DNA of 64,000 nucleotides from Chthonomonas calidirosea (GTDB taxonomy: Bacteria; Armatimonadota; Fimbriimonadia; Fimbriimonadales; Fimbriimonadaceae), in the NCBI GenBank assembly GCA_945859975.1, contig CAMAPH010000002.1, positions 109,627 to 173,626 on the forward strand. The letters are read 5' to 3'. Below the pieces are notes generated by a model that saw nothing but the letters and a program-made list of their open reading frames with translations, had not been told where the DNA came from and searched no databases. Shown one piece after another: positions 48,347-58,287 of this stretch; position 1 is the stretch's first letter, and the number at the start of each line of letters is the position of its first letter. A program made the position numbers and the translations under genes.

Positions 48347-48916
48347 ATGAGACGGTTCGCCCCCCTTGCGCTTGTTTTGCTTTGCGGCTGCACAGCCATG
48401 ATGCCCAGCGGACCGGCTGGCCCGAAAAAGTACTTGCCCGATACTGCGGCAGCCGAGCCAATGAAAGCTGGGCAGAACGCGCTGGCGTTTCTTGAAGGCA
48501 GTTGGGTGGAAGAGGACATCACAAAGCCAACTCTGCGCGTTTACACCTTCGAGCCAGGAGGCAATTTCATCTTTGTCATCGACGGCAAGAAGCTCGGCGG
48601 TAAGGCGAGTGTCGGGACCGACACCATCACCCTGGACTATCGCACCATCGATGACCAACCGCTTAGCGTGTTCTTAGAGAAAGCAAGGAAAGCCGAAGAA
48701 TCCGGCCGCCAGGGTGCAATCGTCGACGCCATGCTCGTCGACTTTTTGACGAAAGACTTGGATCGCCGACGGGAACTGTCGTTTAATGAAGACCTGAAGT
48801 CGGTCTTCTTCGGCCGCCCGGCTCCGCCGAGCACGGGGAACGAGGACATGATGGAAGCGCTGAACTCGATGAAGTCGGCAGGTCCAACTTTAGTGCGGGC
48901 CAAAACCGTCGAATAA
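48347..48916 (+). CDS. Lipoprotein
   Basis: MRRFAPLALVLLCGC lipobox. Confidence 0.75.
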   Translation: MRRFAPLALVLLCGCTAMMPSGPAGPKKYLPDTAAAEPMKAGQNALAFLEGSWVEEDITKPTLRVYTFEPGGNFIFVIDGKKLGGKASVGTDTITLDYRTIDDQPLSVFLEKARKAEESGRQGAIVDAMLVDFLTKDLDRRRELSFNEDLKSVFFGRPAPPSTGNEDMMEALNSMKSAGPTLVRAKTVE

Positions 48917-48939
48917 GTAGCACTGTCGGAGATCGCAGA

Positions 48940-49674
48940 ATGAAAAGAAAACCTCAATTCCTCAGGAGACTCACACTCACGGAATGCATCGCAATAGTGA
49001 TGCTGGGAGTTCTCTTCTTCGTACTCGCGACTCCAGTTGCAGGATCGGGACCGGGAAAAAGGAACCAGTGCCTGTCAAACATGAAGCAGGTCGGTCTGGC
49101 GACTTTGATATACGTTGGGGATCACGACGACCAGTATCCGACGGATGATCCGACCAAGAAGGCAATTACGGGTCGGCCACCATTTCCTAAGAACAAGCCG
49201 GAGCACGATCCGCTCACCACTGGCTGGGTGTCGGCGATCCGACCATACGTTAAGAACACGGCTATTTGGCGTTGCACCGAGGACCCAAGTAAGCCACCTC
49301 TCGACATCGATAATCCAGACCTGGCCAAAGAGTATCCGGTGTCTTACGCCATAAATGGCTGGTCAGAATATCAGCTGAAGCAAACCGACATCGCACGGCC
49401 CGAAAATTGGATTCTTCTTGGCGAAAGAAACAACTCGGTCCTTCCTGCTGCGGGCTCTTACTCGTTTTATTTCTGGTCCTGGCAGGGCTTACCGATCGTT
49501 TGGCCACCGACTGCTAATCCAGACCCAACGCAGTTAGCCGCTCAGGATCTCATCCTTGATCGGCACAACGGAAGATCAATCTGGACCTACGGTGATGGTC
49601 ACGTAAGGGCGGTGAAACTGTCAGAGTTATGGAAGCTAGGCAAGGAAAATGCCTTCTGGCCGACCCGGGACTAG
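48940..49674 (+). CDS. Prepilin-like H-X9-DG protein, copy 1 (degenerate N-terminus)
   Basis: CLSNMKQ; RHNGRSIWTYGDGH. Confidence 0.8.
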   Translation: MKRKPQFLRRLTLTECIAIVMLGVLFFVLATPVAGSGPGKRNQCLSNMKQVGLATLIYVGDHDDQYPTDDPTKKAITGRPPFPKNKPEHDPLTTGWVSAIRPYVKNTAIWRCTEDPSKPPLDIDNPDLAKEYPVSYAINGWSEYQLKQTDIARPENWILLGERNNSVLPAAGSYSFYFWSWQGLPIVWPPTANPDPTQLAAQDLILDRHNGRSIWTYGDGHVRAVKLSELWKLGKENAFWPTRD

Positions 49675-49784
49675 TTGACCGACGGATCGCTATTCTTGAA
49701 AGGAACCGAGGAAAGTCCAACTTTTATGCCCGCCAAAGCCGTCGACTCATTGCGGCGCGCCGCCACCATCTCCCGGAGATGACC

Positions 49785-50513
49785 ATGCAGCCCCAAAAAA
49801 AGAAGATAACATTCGTCGAAGGATTGGTGGCGGCGTTCTGTGGCATCGTAATTTACGTAGCTCTTTCGCCGTTCACGGCACCTCCGTATAGACCCCGGTC
49901 GCTATACCTTTCCAACATGAAGCAGGTCGGTATAGCCTTTATTCTTTACCAAGAGGCAAACGACGGTCAATTTCCGACCGACGACCCCGCAAAGAAGCCG
50001 ATTGAAGGTACGCCGCCGTTGCCGAGGGACCTTGACGTGATCAGGCCCTACTCCCCGTACTGGCTCACGGCAATTCGGCCGTTTCTTAAAGACGAGTCCC
50101 TGTTCCGATGTCCGCAAGACACAAGCCGGGCGCCAAAAGACCCGAAGAATGCGAACGCGGTTTTCGAATACAGCTCCTCCTACGCGATCAACGGCTGGAC
50201 GGAGTACCAACTAAACATAAGCGACGTCGCGAACCCAGCCGACTGGATTTTCCTGGCAGAGCGAAACAACGTTGCTAGGCCCCCAGACAAAAGTTGGTCG
50301 TTCTATTTCTGGACATGGCAAGGCACGAATCCGCTTGTTTGGCCTCCCACTCTGAGCCCCGATCCGACACCGCAGGCTTGGACGGACCTTGCCCTAACGC
50401 AGCACAACGGAAGACCGGTCTGGGCTTACGGCGACGGCCATGTTAACACTAAGAAACTCTCTGAGTTGTGGAAACCAGGCAAAGAAAATGCCTTCTGGCC
50501 TGCTCGGGACTGA
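49785..50513 (+). CDS. Prepilin-like H-X9-DG protein, copy 2 (degenerate N-terminus)
   Basis: LSNMKQ; QHNGRPVWAYGDGH; start 49779 or 49785. Confidence 0.8.
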   Translation: MQPQKKKITFVEGLVAAFCGIVIYVALSPFTAPPYRPRSLYLSNMKQVGIAFILYQEANDGQFPTDDPAKKPIEGTPPLPRDLDVIRPYSPYWLTAIRPFLKDESLFRCPQDTSRAPKDPKNANAVFEYSSSYAINGWTEYQLNISDVANPADWIFLAERNNVARPPDKSWSFYFWTWQGTNPLVWPPTLSPDPTPQAWTDLALTQHNGRPVWAYGDGHVNTKKLSELWKPGKENAFWPARD

Positions 50514-50626
50514 TCAACGCCAAGTCGAAGGGATCAAGCTGGGTCAATCTTCCTGAGGAAAGGTTGACCCGGTTGCTTTTCTGCTTGCGAATTCGCCAAA
50601 GCTAGCTTAAGCTTCACACTGTAACG

Positions 50627-51352
50627 ATGAAACGAGCCTTTACCCTGATTGAGTTGCTGGTGGTGTTGGTCGTTATCGCGATCCTCGCCGCGATCCTTTT
50701 CCCCGTGATCACCGGTGCCAAGGGATCGGGCAAAAAGGCGGTTTGCCTTAGCAACCTGAAGCAACTAGGCACGGCGTTTGCGATGTACCTGTCTGACAAC
50801 GACGGTCAGTACCCAACGTGCGACAACGATAAGGCCAAGATCACCGGCGAGCCGCCGGAGCCTGAAACGCCGGACGCCGACGGTCCGCCCGAGCGCGACT
50901 GGACCATCACGATCCAGCCGTACATCAAGAATATCCAGATCTTCCGCTGCCCGACCGATGCCAGCCGGGCCCCGCGCGATCCTAAGAATCCGGATCTGAC
51001 CCTCGAATATCGCTCGTCCTACACCGTCAACGGCTGGTCGGAATACGAACTCAAAGAATCGGCCATCACGAGACCTGCCGAATGGGTGCTGTTGGCCGAG
51101 CGGAATAACGTCTCTCGTCCGGCCAAGACGTGGTGGATGTTCTACTGGTGGACATGGCAAGGAACCGAGCCAAGAGTTTGGCCACCGACCGCTTCGCCCG
51201 ATCCGCTACCAAAGGCATCTGAAGACCTAGCCCTTAAGCGGCACGACGAACGCGCTAACTGGCTTTTTGGCGACACCCACGCTCGCGCCCTTCCGTTCGA
51301 GCAGCTGTGGCTAGCCGGAAACAAGAATGCTTTCTGGCCAAATCCAGAGTAG
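50627..51352 (+). CDS. Prepilin-type N-terminal cleavage/methylation protein, copy 3 (canonical N-terminus)
   Basis: MKRAFTLIELLVVLVVIAILAAILFPV; RHDERANWLFGDTH. Confidence 0.9.
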   Translation: MKRAFTLIELLVVLVVIAILAAILFPVITGAKGSGKKAVCLSNLKQLGTAFAMYLSDNDGQYPTCDNDKAKITGEPPEPETPDADGPPERDWTITIQPYIKNIQIFRCPTDASRAPRDPKNPDLTLEYRSSYTVNGWSEYELKESAITRPAEWVLLAERNNVSRPAKTWWMFYWWTWQGTEPRVWPPTASPDPLPKASEDLALKRHDERANWLFGDTHARALPFEQLWLAGNKNAFWPNPE

Positions 51353-51361
51353 GGTCGAATG

Positions 51362-51399
51362 AAAACCGGGGCACTTCCGGATGGAAGTGCCCCGTTTTT
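51362..51399. terminator. Terminator between convergent genes
   Basis: CGGGGCACTTCC-ggat-GGAAGTGCCCCG-TTTTT. Confidence 0.85.
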
Positions 51400-51412
51400 G
51401 TTTAAGACGAGA

Positions 51413-52483
51413 TCAGTACGTGAGGTCGACTTTCTCTTCGTTACCGGTCACGCTGGACTTGTAGATGGCATCGAAGATCGCGTTCAGGATAAGGCCGTTT
51501 TCGCCTGGTACCGGAGAAGGATCACCGGCGACGATGGCTCGAACAAACGCCTGAACTTCGGCGGTGTGCGCCGACTCGACGTTCGGAATGTTGCTCGGCG
51601 AGATGTCGAGCAACTGCTTGTTGACGTCGGAGTAGATCTTCAGACCGTTGTCAGCGCCTGGCTTGAGCTGAAAGCCCGCCTTGGTTCCGTAAAGCTGAGT
51701 TTCCCAAACGTCAGGTGCGTTCTGCATGAACGAACTTTCGAGCGAAATCACTGCACCGTTGTCGAACTTGATCATGCCAACGGCAAAATCTTCGACGGTG
51801 AACTTGTCTCGGTCGTAATCGCCCCAAGCGTTCCATCGCGTCGGGTCCTTGCCGAGGGTGTCCCAAGTCTTACCGAAGGCAGCGATTGGCTTTGGATAGC
51901 CCATTAGGAAGAGGGTGAGGTCGAGGATGTGAACGCCGATGTCGATCAGCGGTCCGCCGCCCTGAAGCTCCTTGTTGATGAAGACTCCCCAGCCTGGAAC
52001 GCCCGCTCGTCGAAGTGCCTGAGCGCGAGCGAAGTAGACATCACCCACGTTTCCGGCGGCGATGTAATCCTTCAGCCAGGTGCTGTGGCCCATGAATCGG
52101 CTCTGCAAACCAACCTGGAGGATCTTGCCGCTCTCGCGCGCCGCAGCGCACATCTCTCGGCACTCGTCGGCGTTCATACCGAGTGGCTTTTCGCACAAAA
52201 CGTGAACGCCATTAAGCAGCGCGTAAACGGTTGGGTCCTTGTGGAACTTGTTTGGAGTCGCGACAGAAACTGCATCGAGTTTCTCCTTTGCGATCATCTC
52301 CTTGTAGTCGGTGTAAGTGGTCGGAACGTTGAATTTCTCCGCCGCCGCTTTCGCCGTTGCTTCGTTCACGTCACAAGTAGCAACAATCTCACACTCATCG
52401 GGAATGCTGGCATACCCTTTCATGTGGCAGCCCTGGGCGATTCCGCCGCTGCCGATAATTCCGATTCGTAGTTTCTCCGCCAT
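51413..52483 (-). CDS. Gfo/Idh/MocA oxidoreductase
   Basis: GIIGSGGIA, HVLCEKP and GGGPLIDIGVH. Confidence 0.93.
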   Translation of the reverse strand: MAEKLRIGIIGSGGIAQGCHMKGYASIPDECEIVATCDVNEATAKAAAEKFNVPTTYTDYKEMIAKEKLDAVSVATPNKFHKDPTVYALLNGVHVLCEKPLGMNADECREMCAAARESGKILQVGLQSRFMGHSTWLKDYIAAGNVGDVYFARAQALRRAGVPGWGVFINKELQGGGPLIDIGVHILDLTLFLMGYPKPIAAFGKTWDTLGKDPTRWNAWGDYDRDKFTVEDFAVGMIKFDNGAVISLESSFMQNAPDVWETQLYGTKAGFQLKPGADNGLKIYSDVNKQLLDISPSNIPNVESAHTAEVQAFVRAIVAGDPSPVPGENGLILNAIFDAIYKSSVTGNEEKVDLTY

Positions 52484-52526
52484 CAAAAACCTATCCGGTC
52501 CCAAACTCGGGCCCGGAGTATGTTAC

Positions 52527-53405
52527 TCAGTCTGGAGTTTGGTTTCGGCGGGCAATCTCCGCCTCATCTTCGTCAGGTTCAATTTGCAAATCTTGCACGG
52601 ATTCCATGACTTCGGCATCCTCTTCGAGTGGTCCTTCCCCGGGTGGGGAATCCTTCTTTCTTAGGACCGCGATTCCGCCACCGATAATCGCAATAGCGGC
52701 GAGGCCGCTCCAAAACATCGCTTCGGTGAAGTGCGGCGGATGGAACGGCAGCAGCTTCGGGAACTGAGAATCGACCTTTTCGATCGAGTGCATCGCGAGC
52801 TTAACGCCAACCCAACCCACCAAGAGATAGGCGACGTTGTCGAGGTCTGGGAAGCGCTCCAGTAGCCGAATGAACAGCCCAGCCGCAAACCGGAGAAGCA
52901 CGATGCCGATGACTGCGCCTAAGTAGACGACCCAAATTTTGTCGTTCTGAATGCCGACGCCGGGCTTCATGATGAAGCCAATTCCGGCCAAAACGGAGTC
53001 AAGCGCAAACGCGATATCGGTGAGTTCGACCGCCACGACGGTTGCCCAAAATCCTTGATTCTTCGCCTTTGGACTGCCGTGCTCGTCGTTCCGATGCAGG
53101 AAGTGCTTAAGCGGCAGATACAGCAGGTAGAGCGCACCAAGGGCTTGTAGCCACCATTGGTTCAGAACAACCGAGGCGAACACGATGGCGATGAGCCGGA
53201 AGATAAACGCGCCGCCCAGACCGTAGAGCAGCGCCTTTTGTTGGTCCGCTTTCGGCAAGTGCCGGACCATGATCGCCATGACCAATGCGTTATCCGCCGA
53301 CAGCAGTCCCTCAAGCAAGATGAGAGCAAAAACGCTGGCGAGATCGGAAGTTGAAAAAGTCTGCGGAACCATCATTAGGCCGGTGGGAAGTTCAGATTCT
53401 GCCAC
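52527..53405 (-). CDS. TerC family membrane protein
   Basis: LEGLLSADNA; DIAFALDS. Confidence 0.92.
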   Translation of the reverse strand: MAESELPTGLMMVPQTFSTSDLASVFALILLEGLLSADNALVMAIMVRHLPKADQQKALLYGLGGAFIFRLIAIVFASVVLNQWWLQALGALYLLYLPLKHFLHRNDEHGSPKAKNQGFWATVVAVELTDIAFALDSVLAGIGFIMKPGVGIQNDKIWVVYLGAVIGIVLLRFAAGLFIRLLERFPDLDNVAYLLVGWVGVKLAMHSIEKVDSQFPKLLPFHPPHFTEAMFWSGLAAIAIIGGGIAVLRKKDSPPGEGPLEEDAEVMESVQDLQIEPDEDEAEIARRNQTPD

Positions 53406-53431
53406 AATCCAGGCGACCGAGGGAAAAACTT

Positions 53432-53740
53432 ATGCCGACCTACGTTTACGAATGTAAGGAATGCAACGAAACTTTTGAAGTTCAGCAACGAATCACCGAA
53501 GACCCCCTGACCACTTGTCGGTGCGGGGCCTCCGGCAAAATTAAGCGCGTCATCCAGCCGATCGCCGTCATGTTCAAGGGCGAAGGCTTCCACATCAACG
53601 ACTACGCGCCAAAGACCGGGGGCAGCACTGTGACCACCCCAACCGAATCGAAGCCAAGTGAACCGGCGCCGGCCGAAACGAGCACCGCGGCAACTCCTGC
53701 CACAACACCCGCTCCGGCCGCGCCGGCAGCTTCGGAATAG
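53432..53740 (+). CDS. FmdB family zinc-ribbon protein
   Basis: MPTYVYECKEC...FKGEGF..NDY. Confidence 0.9.
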   Translation: MPTYVYECKECNETFEVQQRITEDPLTTCRCGASGKIKRVIQPIAVMFKGEGFHINDYAPKTGGSTVTTPTESKPSEPAPAETSTAATPATTPAPAAPAASE

Positions 53741-53744
53741 CGTG

Positions 53745-54806
53745 TTATTTTCGCTGAGCAGCGAGGAAGGCGGAAACGTCTTCCCGCTTCTCTGGCACGG
53801 AGAACTTGCCTTCCTTGATCTGCTTGGTCACTTCTTCGAGCTTCTTTAGGTTCTCGGCGCCAATAATGTCCTTCGTGTTGGCGAAGTCCGTGAGTCCAAC
53901 GCCGTTAGCGGCCACGTCGTAGCGAACGGAGCCAGGGGTGAACTTCCCTTCGACGGCATCCTTGATGGTGGAGTAAACGGCTTCATCAACCCGCTTGACC
54001 ATCGAGGTTAGGACAATTCCCTTCTCGACGTCATCTTGGTTGCTGTCAACGCCAATCGCGAATTTCGTGATGGGTCCGCTGCCGTTGGCATCCTTTGCGG
54101 CGGAGAACACGCCAAGACCAGCTCGGCCAGCGGCATGGAAGACGACATCTGCGCCTTGGCCAAACAGCACGGAAGCGGCGGCCTTGCCCTTGCTCGTGTC
54201 ATCCCAGGAATCGGTGTACTTGGCCGGAAGGAACTGTACTTTCGGGTTTGCAAGCTGAGCGCCCGCCGAGAATCCAGCTTCGAACTTGTGGATCAGCGGG
54301 ATGTTCTTTCCGCCAACGAACCCCACCTTTCCAGTCTTACTGATGAGTCCCGCCGCGTATCCGGCTAGGAACGATCCTTGCTCCTCGGCAAAGGTGAGTG
54401 ACCGGACATTAGGCTGGTCGACGACGGCATCAACGATTGCAAACTTCGTCTCGGCAAAGTTCGTGGCGACAGTCGTTAAGGCGTTCGACTGGCCAAAGCC
54501 GACCGCTAATACGACGTTTGCGCCTTGCTCTGCCATCGCGGTGATGTTCTCTTCGTAGTCGCTTTCCTTCCGACTATCGACGGTTCGGACTTTGATGCCG
54601 AACTCCTTTTCGGCGCGCTGAATGCCGGCGTACGCACTGTCGTTGAATGACTTGTCTCCGCGGCCACCGGAATCGAAGACCATGCCGACGGTGATCGACT
54701 CTTTGGTTTTCCCTTCTCCTTCTTTGGCCTCCGTCTTCGCGGAATCCGTCGGAGCACATCCAATCATCACGAGCGCGGTGAGCGCGAGGCCAAGTAGTTT
54801 TCGCAT
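53745..54806 (-). CDS. BMP family ABC substrate-binding lipoprotein
   Basis: Lipobox; DKSFN, GSFLAG, IGVD and SMVKRVD. Confidence 0.93.
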   Translation of the reverse strand: MRKLLGLALTALVMIGCAPTDSAKTEAKEGEGKTKESITVGMVFDSGGRGDKSFNDSAYAGIQRAEKEFGIKVRTVDSRKESDYEENITAMAEQGANVVLAVGFGQSNALTTVATNFAETKFAIVDAVVDQPNVRSLTFAEEQGSFLAGYAAGLISKTGKVGFVGGKNIPLIHKFEAGFSAGAQLANPKVQFLPAKYTDSWDDTSKGKAAASVLFGQGADVVFHAAGRAGLGVFSAAKDANGSGPITKFAIGVDSNQDDVEKGIVLTSMVKRVDEAVYSTIKDAVEGKFTPGSVRYDVAANGVGLTDFANTKDIIGAENLKKLEEVTKQIKEGKFSVPEKREDVSAFLAAQRK

Positions 54807-54929
54807 CGTAAGTTTCCGGTTCTGAACCTAGGTTCGGCGCACGAAAATGGATTCGGGAGGCCGTCGCCGGGTAGAATGCTCAATTATGGCGCAGGTTTTA
54901 TCTGTTGCCAAAAACCCGGAGACCTCTGG

Positions 54930-55559
54930 TTGATTAGCTGTCAGCTCACAAAACTCGAAACCGCCCTAGATCAAATCAAAAAGCAATATCCCAAGCTGAT
55001 GCCTGCGGATGCTGCTCTTTTGACCGCTGCCCTGAGCCTCACCGGCCGGCACGCCCTAGCACTTTACGAAGAAAAATCTTACGTGTGGCCAAAGGATCTC
55101 GAAAAGATCACCGCCGACATGAGCCCGCACTTGCGCGTGGTGCAAGAAGCGATTGATGCCAACGCGCCTAAGAAGGTCTCGAAGACGGCACCGGAAGAAG
55201 AGCCTATCTTCGTGAACGTGGGTCTCAAGCCGAACTACACCGCGGGCGAAAAGATCCTCGCAGACCGCGAAGATCTCAAAACCTTGCTCAGCGACATTCT
55301 TGACGAAGGCGTTGAATTCTCCTTCTCACAGAACGACATTGGTTGGCAGTGGGCTTTGGATCGCGTCAACTGGAGCACGGTTGCCGGTTCCGACCTCAGC
55401 CGCCGCATCCGCGTTCGCGTCAGCTTCACTGAAGGTGCCGTTGGCGTGGAAGTTGGCTCTGCACCTAAAAAGCGCGCTTCGAAGAAGGTCGCCGTGCCAG
55501 ACAGCATGCCAGACCTTGAGCCAGACGTCATTCTTGACGCCGACGTCGAACTCGTCTAA
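54930..55559 (+). CDS. Hypothetical protein
   Basis: Long ORF with GGAG upstream of a TTG start; start uncertain. Confidence 0.65.
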   Translation: MISCQLTKLETALDQIKKQYPKLMPADAALLTAALSLTGRHALALYEEKSYVWPKDLEKITADMSPHLRVVQEAIDANAPKKVSKTAPEEEPIFVNVGLKPNYTAGEKILADREDLKTLLSDILDEGVEFSFSQNDIGWQWALDRVNWSTVAGSDLSRRIRVRVSFTEGAVGVEVGSAPKKRASKKVAVPDSMPDLEPDVILDADVELV

Positions 55560-55565
55560 TCTGCC

Positions 55566-56468
55566 GTGAGTCGACTCCGCGAGTGGTTTGAAGGCCAAAC
55601 TGCTCGCGGACGAATCCTTTTCTCCGGCGCTCGCCGTCGGATGACCAGCGTCACCGTGCGCGGTGACCAAATGGCCGAAGAGCTGAACGGCCTCTGTTTG
55701 CGGTCTAAGTACCTTTCCAGAGCGGCCGTCTCGTCGGCTCCCGCACTGATCTGGATCGTCGAGCCAGACCTTGACCGAGCGCGCAAGTCACCCAAGCACT
55801 GCCCTCAAATCCTTGACGTCATCAATCCGGGCGATTGGAAAACCGAGGGCGATCAGAAAGGCTTTCAGTTTTTCGAAAACTTCATTCTCAACACGGATGA
55901 ATCGGTAGAGTTTTTAGGCCCGGCTGGGCCAGATGGGCGACGGTGCTGGACCATTCCCCACCATCACTGCAATTCAGCGAACTGGACTTTGCCCATGGCC
56001 CGGGTGGAGAAACCCCGCGTTGTGGGTTATCTCGGCCAAGCCGCTCACCTGCACGATGCAGAAGAGATCGAAGACGCGGTCAAAAAGCTCGGCCTCGAAT
56101 TCCGTTGCTTCACCGACACCGATCTCCAAAGCTATCAATCGATCGACATCGGCATTGCGTGGACCCAAAGGGATGCGCAGCGCGACGCGACCCGCAGCAA
56201 CATCAAATTTGCTAACTTTGCTTCGCACGGAATTCCCAGCGTCGTCTGCGATTACGTGAGTTACCGAGCCGTGAATGAGCGCCTGAACCAACCCGCGGGC
56301 ATCGTTGCGGCGTCAATCACCGACTTCATCGAAGGGATTGCCAGGCTAGCCCAGGAAACTGAACTTCGGATCAAAATGAACGAAACCGCCCCGCTGGCTC
56401 AAAAGGTCTATTCCCGCGCCGAGATTGGGAAGGAGTATCTCGACGTGCTCGCTCAGATCCGACCCTGA
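55566..56468 (+). CDS. Glycosyltransferase-like (GT-B-like) protein
   Basis: VVGYLG, DIGIA, SNIK...F...GIP.V; glycosylation gene neighbourhood. Confidence 0.55.
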   Translation: MSRLREWFEGQTARGRILFSGARRRMTSVTVRGDQMAEELNGLCLRSKYLSRAAVSSAPALIWIVEPDLDRARKSPKHCPQILDVINPGDWKTEGDQKGFQFFENFILNTDESVEFLGPAGPDGRRCWTIPHHHCNSANWTLPMARVEKPRVVGYLGQAAHLHDAEEIEDAVKKLGLEFRCFTDTDLQSYQSIDIGIAWTQRDAQRDATRSNIKFANFASHGIPSVVCDYVSYRAVNERLNQPAGIVAASITDFIEGIARLAQETELRIKMNETAPLAQKVYSRAEIGKEYLDVLAQIRP

Positions 56469-57340
56469 GATTTCAAGATTCGCCGCTCAATACTCCGGCG
56501 GAGCTTGTGCCCGGGGGACATCCAGCCGAACGGGTGCGCTTTCTCGTAGGCCTCTAGCTTTTCTAGCTCTTTCAGCTGCTTCCAGTACACAAGGAACTGG
56601 GAGTAAAGATGGGCATGAAAAACGTATGGCCGGACAAAACGGAGCTCTCTACGGCGGCAAACGAAAGAGCATTCCGCGCGGCGAATGTTCATGCGAAGCT
56701 CGCCGATGAGGCCGACCCCGGTGTTCATGTAGTCGCGCCGATCCGGAACGCACAGCCCAAGCCCCGTTTTCGCCATCGCCAAGCTGAGGCAGGTTTCATC
56801 CGGCACATGCCCTCGGAAGGGGTTAAAGCCGGTCTGGTCGTAGGCCTGTCGATAGTGCTCCACTTGGTCCAGCACTTGGCGCGATTCGGCGCTGTTTTCG
56901 TAATACACAAGCCCACCGTTGAACTGGTTGAGCTGACTAAATCCAGTCTGGTTCAGGACCTTTGAGATATCGCCGTGCCACTCATCACCATGCGAGATCG
57001 TCCAGCCTTGCACGCCGATGGGCTGACCCGCGAACGCCTTCCAGATGGGATCAAGTCGCCGAAACACCAATGAATCGGCGTCAATGAACAGGGCCGCATC
57101 GGCATCAAAATAGTCAAACGCTCGGAATTTGGCGTGATACGGGTTTTCCGGCCGTGGAACGTAAACCACTTCGTCAAAGGCAGGCTGCCAGTCATCCCGC
57201 CGGATGTTGGTGACAACAATTCTGCGGGTCGAATCCCCAATCAATCGGAGCGATCGGCCAAGGCCGAGGGCGAACTTTGCGTACTTCGGCGCGCCGAAGG
57301 CGAGGGTGAATACCGCCGGATTCACGGACGAATCCACCAC
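56453..57340 (-). CDS. GT-A (GT8-like) glycosyltransferase, paralog B
   Basis: LFIDADSLV DxD; FNGGL; PDE. Confidence 0.7.
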   Translation of the reverse strand: MVDSSVNPAVFTLAFGAPKYAKFALGLGRSLRLIGDSTRRIVVTNIRRDDWQPAFDEVVYVPRPENPYHAKFRAFDYFDADAALFIDADSLVFRRLDPIWKAFAGQPIGVQGWTISHGDEWHGDISKVLNQTGFSQLNQFNGGLVYYENSAESRQVLDQVEHYRQAYDQTGFNPFRGHVPDETCLSLAMAKTGLGLCVPDRRDYMNTGVGLIGELRMNIRRAECSFVCRRRELRFVRPYVFHAHLYSQFLVYWKQLKELEKLEAYEKAHPFGWMSPGHKLRRSIERRILKSQGRI

Positions 57341-58194
57341 TTGATGAGCCGCTTGTGGATGGATCGTTTCAGCTTATGCCCGGGGCTCATGTAGCCAAAT
57401 CCGTGCTTCTTCTCATATTCCGAGAGCCACTTCAGCCGGTCAAGCTGCTTCCAATAGATCAGGAAGTTGATGTACCGGCTGGCGTGAAAAATGATGGGTT
57501 CGACGTAGCGCACGCCATACCGGCGGCAAAGGAAGCCGCAGCGGTTTTGCATGACATCCAGCTCCAACTTGCCGATCAGGCCGGTCGCGCTGTTCTGAAA
57601 GTCAGTGTTGTCAGGCCACAGGGTGCCGAACCCGGTCTCGGCCAAGGCAAGGCCAATGCACGGTTCATCGGGAACAAGCGGATCGTCTCGCTGGAACCCA
57701 AGCTCCTTCGCCTGCCGGCCCAGCTCATCGACCTTGGCAAAGAACGACCGGACCTCTTCTGACCGTTCGTAGTAAATCATTCCGCCATTGAACTGGCCGA
57801 TCGCTTCTACTCCTCGCGTTCGGCAGGTCTCGGCCACGTCTCCGTACCACTCACCGGAAGAAATCCATTCGCCTTGGACGCAAAAGCCTTTGCCACTCCC
57901 GGCTTCAAAAATAGTGTCTAGCCGTTTAAACACAAGCGAGTCTGAATCGATGAAAAGAATCTGGTCGGCATCGGTTCGGTCCAGTGCGGTCAGCTTCTCG
58001 AAGAAAATCCACTTGATGTCGCCGGTGTACGGAATCACCTCGTCGAAGCAGTCCGACCAAGGCATGTCCGTGAGGTCGGTCAGTACGACTCTCCGGGTCG
58101 TGTCCCCAATCAGCTTCAGGGATCGTCCGAGACCCAGCGCGCATTCGGCAAACTTCGGTTTGCCAACGGCGATGGTAAAGACAATCCGCTTCAT
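57322..58194 (-). CDS. GT-A (GT8-like) glycosyltransferase, paralog A
   Basis: LFIDSDSLV DxD; FNGGM; PDE. Confidence 0.7.
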   Translation of the reverse strand: MKRIVFTIAVGKPKFAECALGLGRSLKLIGDTTRRVVLTDLTDMPWSDCFDEVIPYTGDIKWIFFEKLTALDRTDADQILFIDSDSLVFKRLDTIFEAGSGKGFCVQGEWISSGEWYGDVAETCRTRGVEAIGQFNGGMIYYERSEEVRSFFAKVDELGRQAKELGFQRDDPLVPDEPCIGLALAETGFGTLWPDNTDFQNSATGLIGKLELDVMQNRCGFLCRRYGVRYVEPIIFHASRYINFLIYWKQLDRLKWLSEYEKKHGFGYMSPGHKLKRSIHKRLIKWWIRP

Positions 58195-58287
58195 GGGTTA
58201 GGTGAAGATCGTAGCACGAACCGCAAAGCATGACCGATCACCCGGAAGCTTCCATAGATCACCAAGGTTTGGCATACTAGCGAGCCG

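Noticed and set aside
48940..51352. Diversity-generating retroelement acting on the prepilin copies
   Set aside because: No reverse transcriptase in the window; differences between copies are not adenine-specific and span the whole genes
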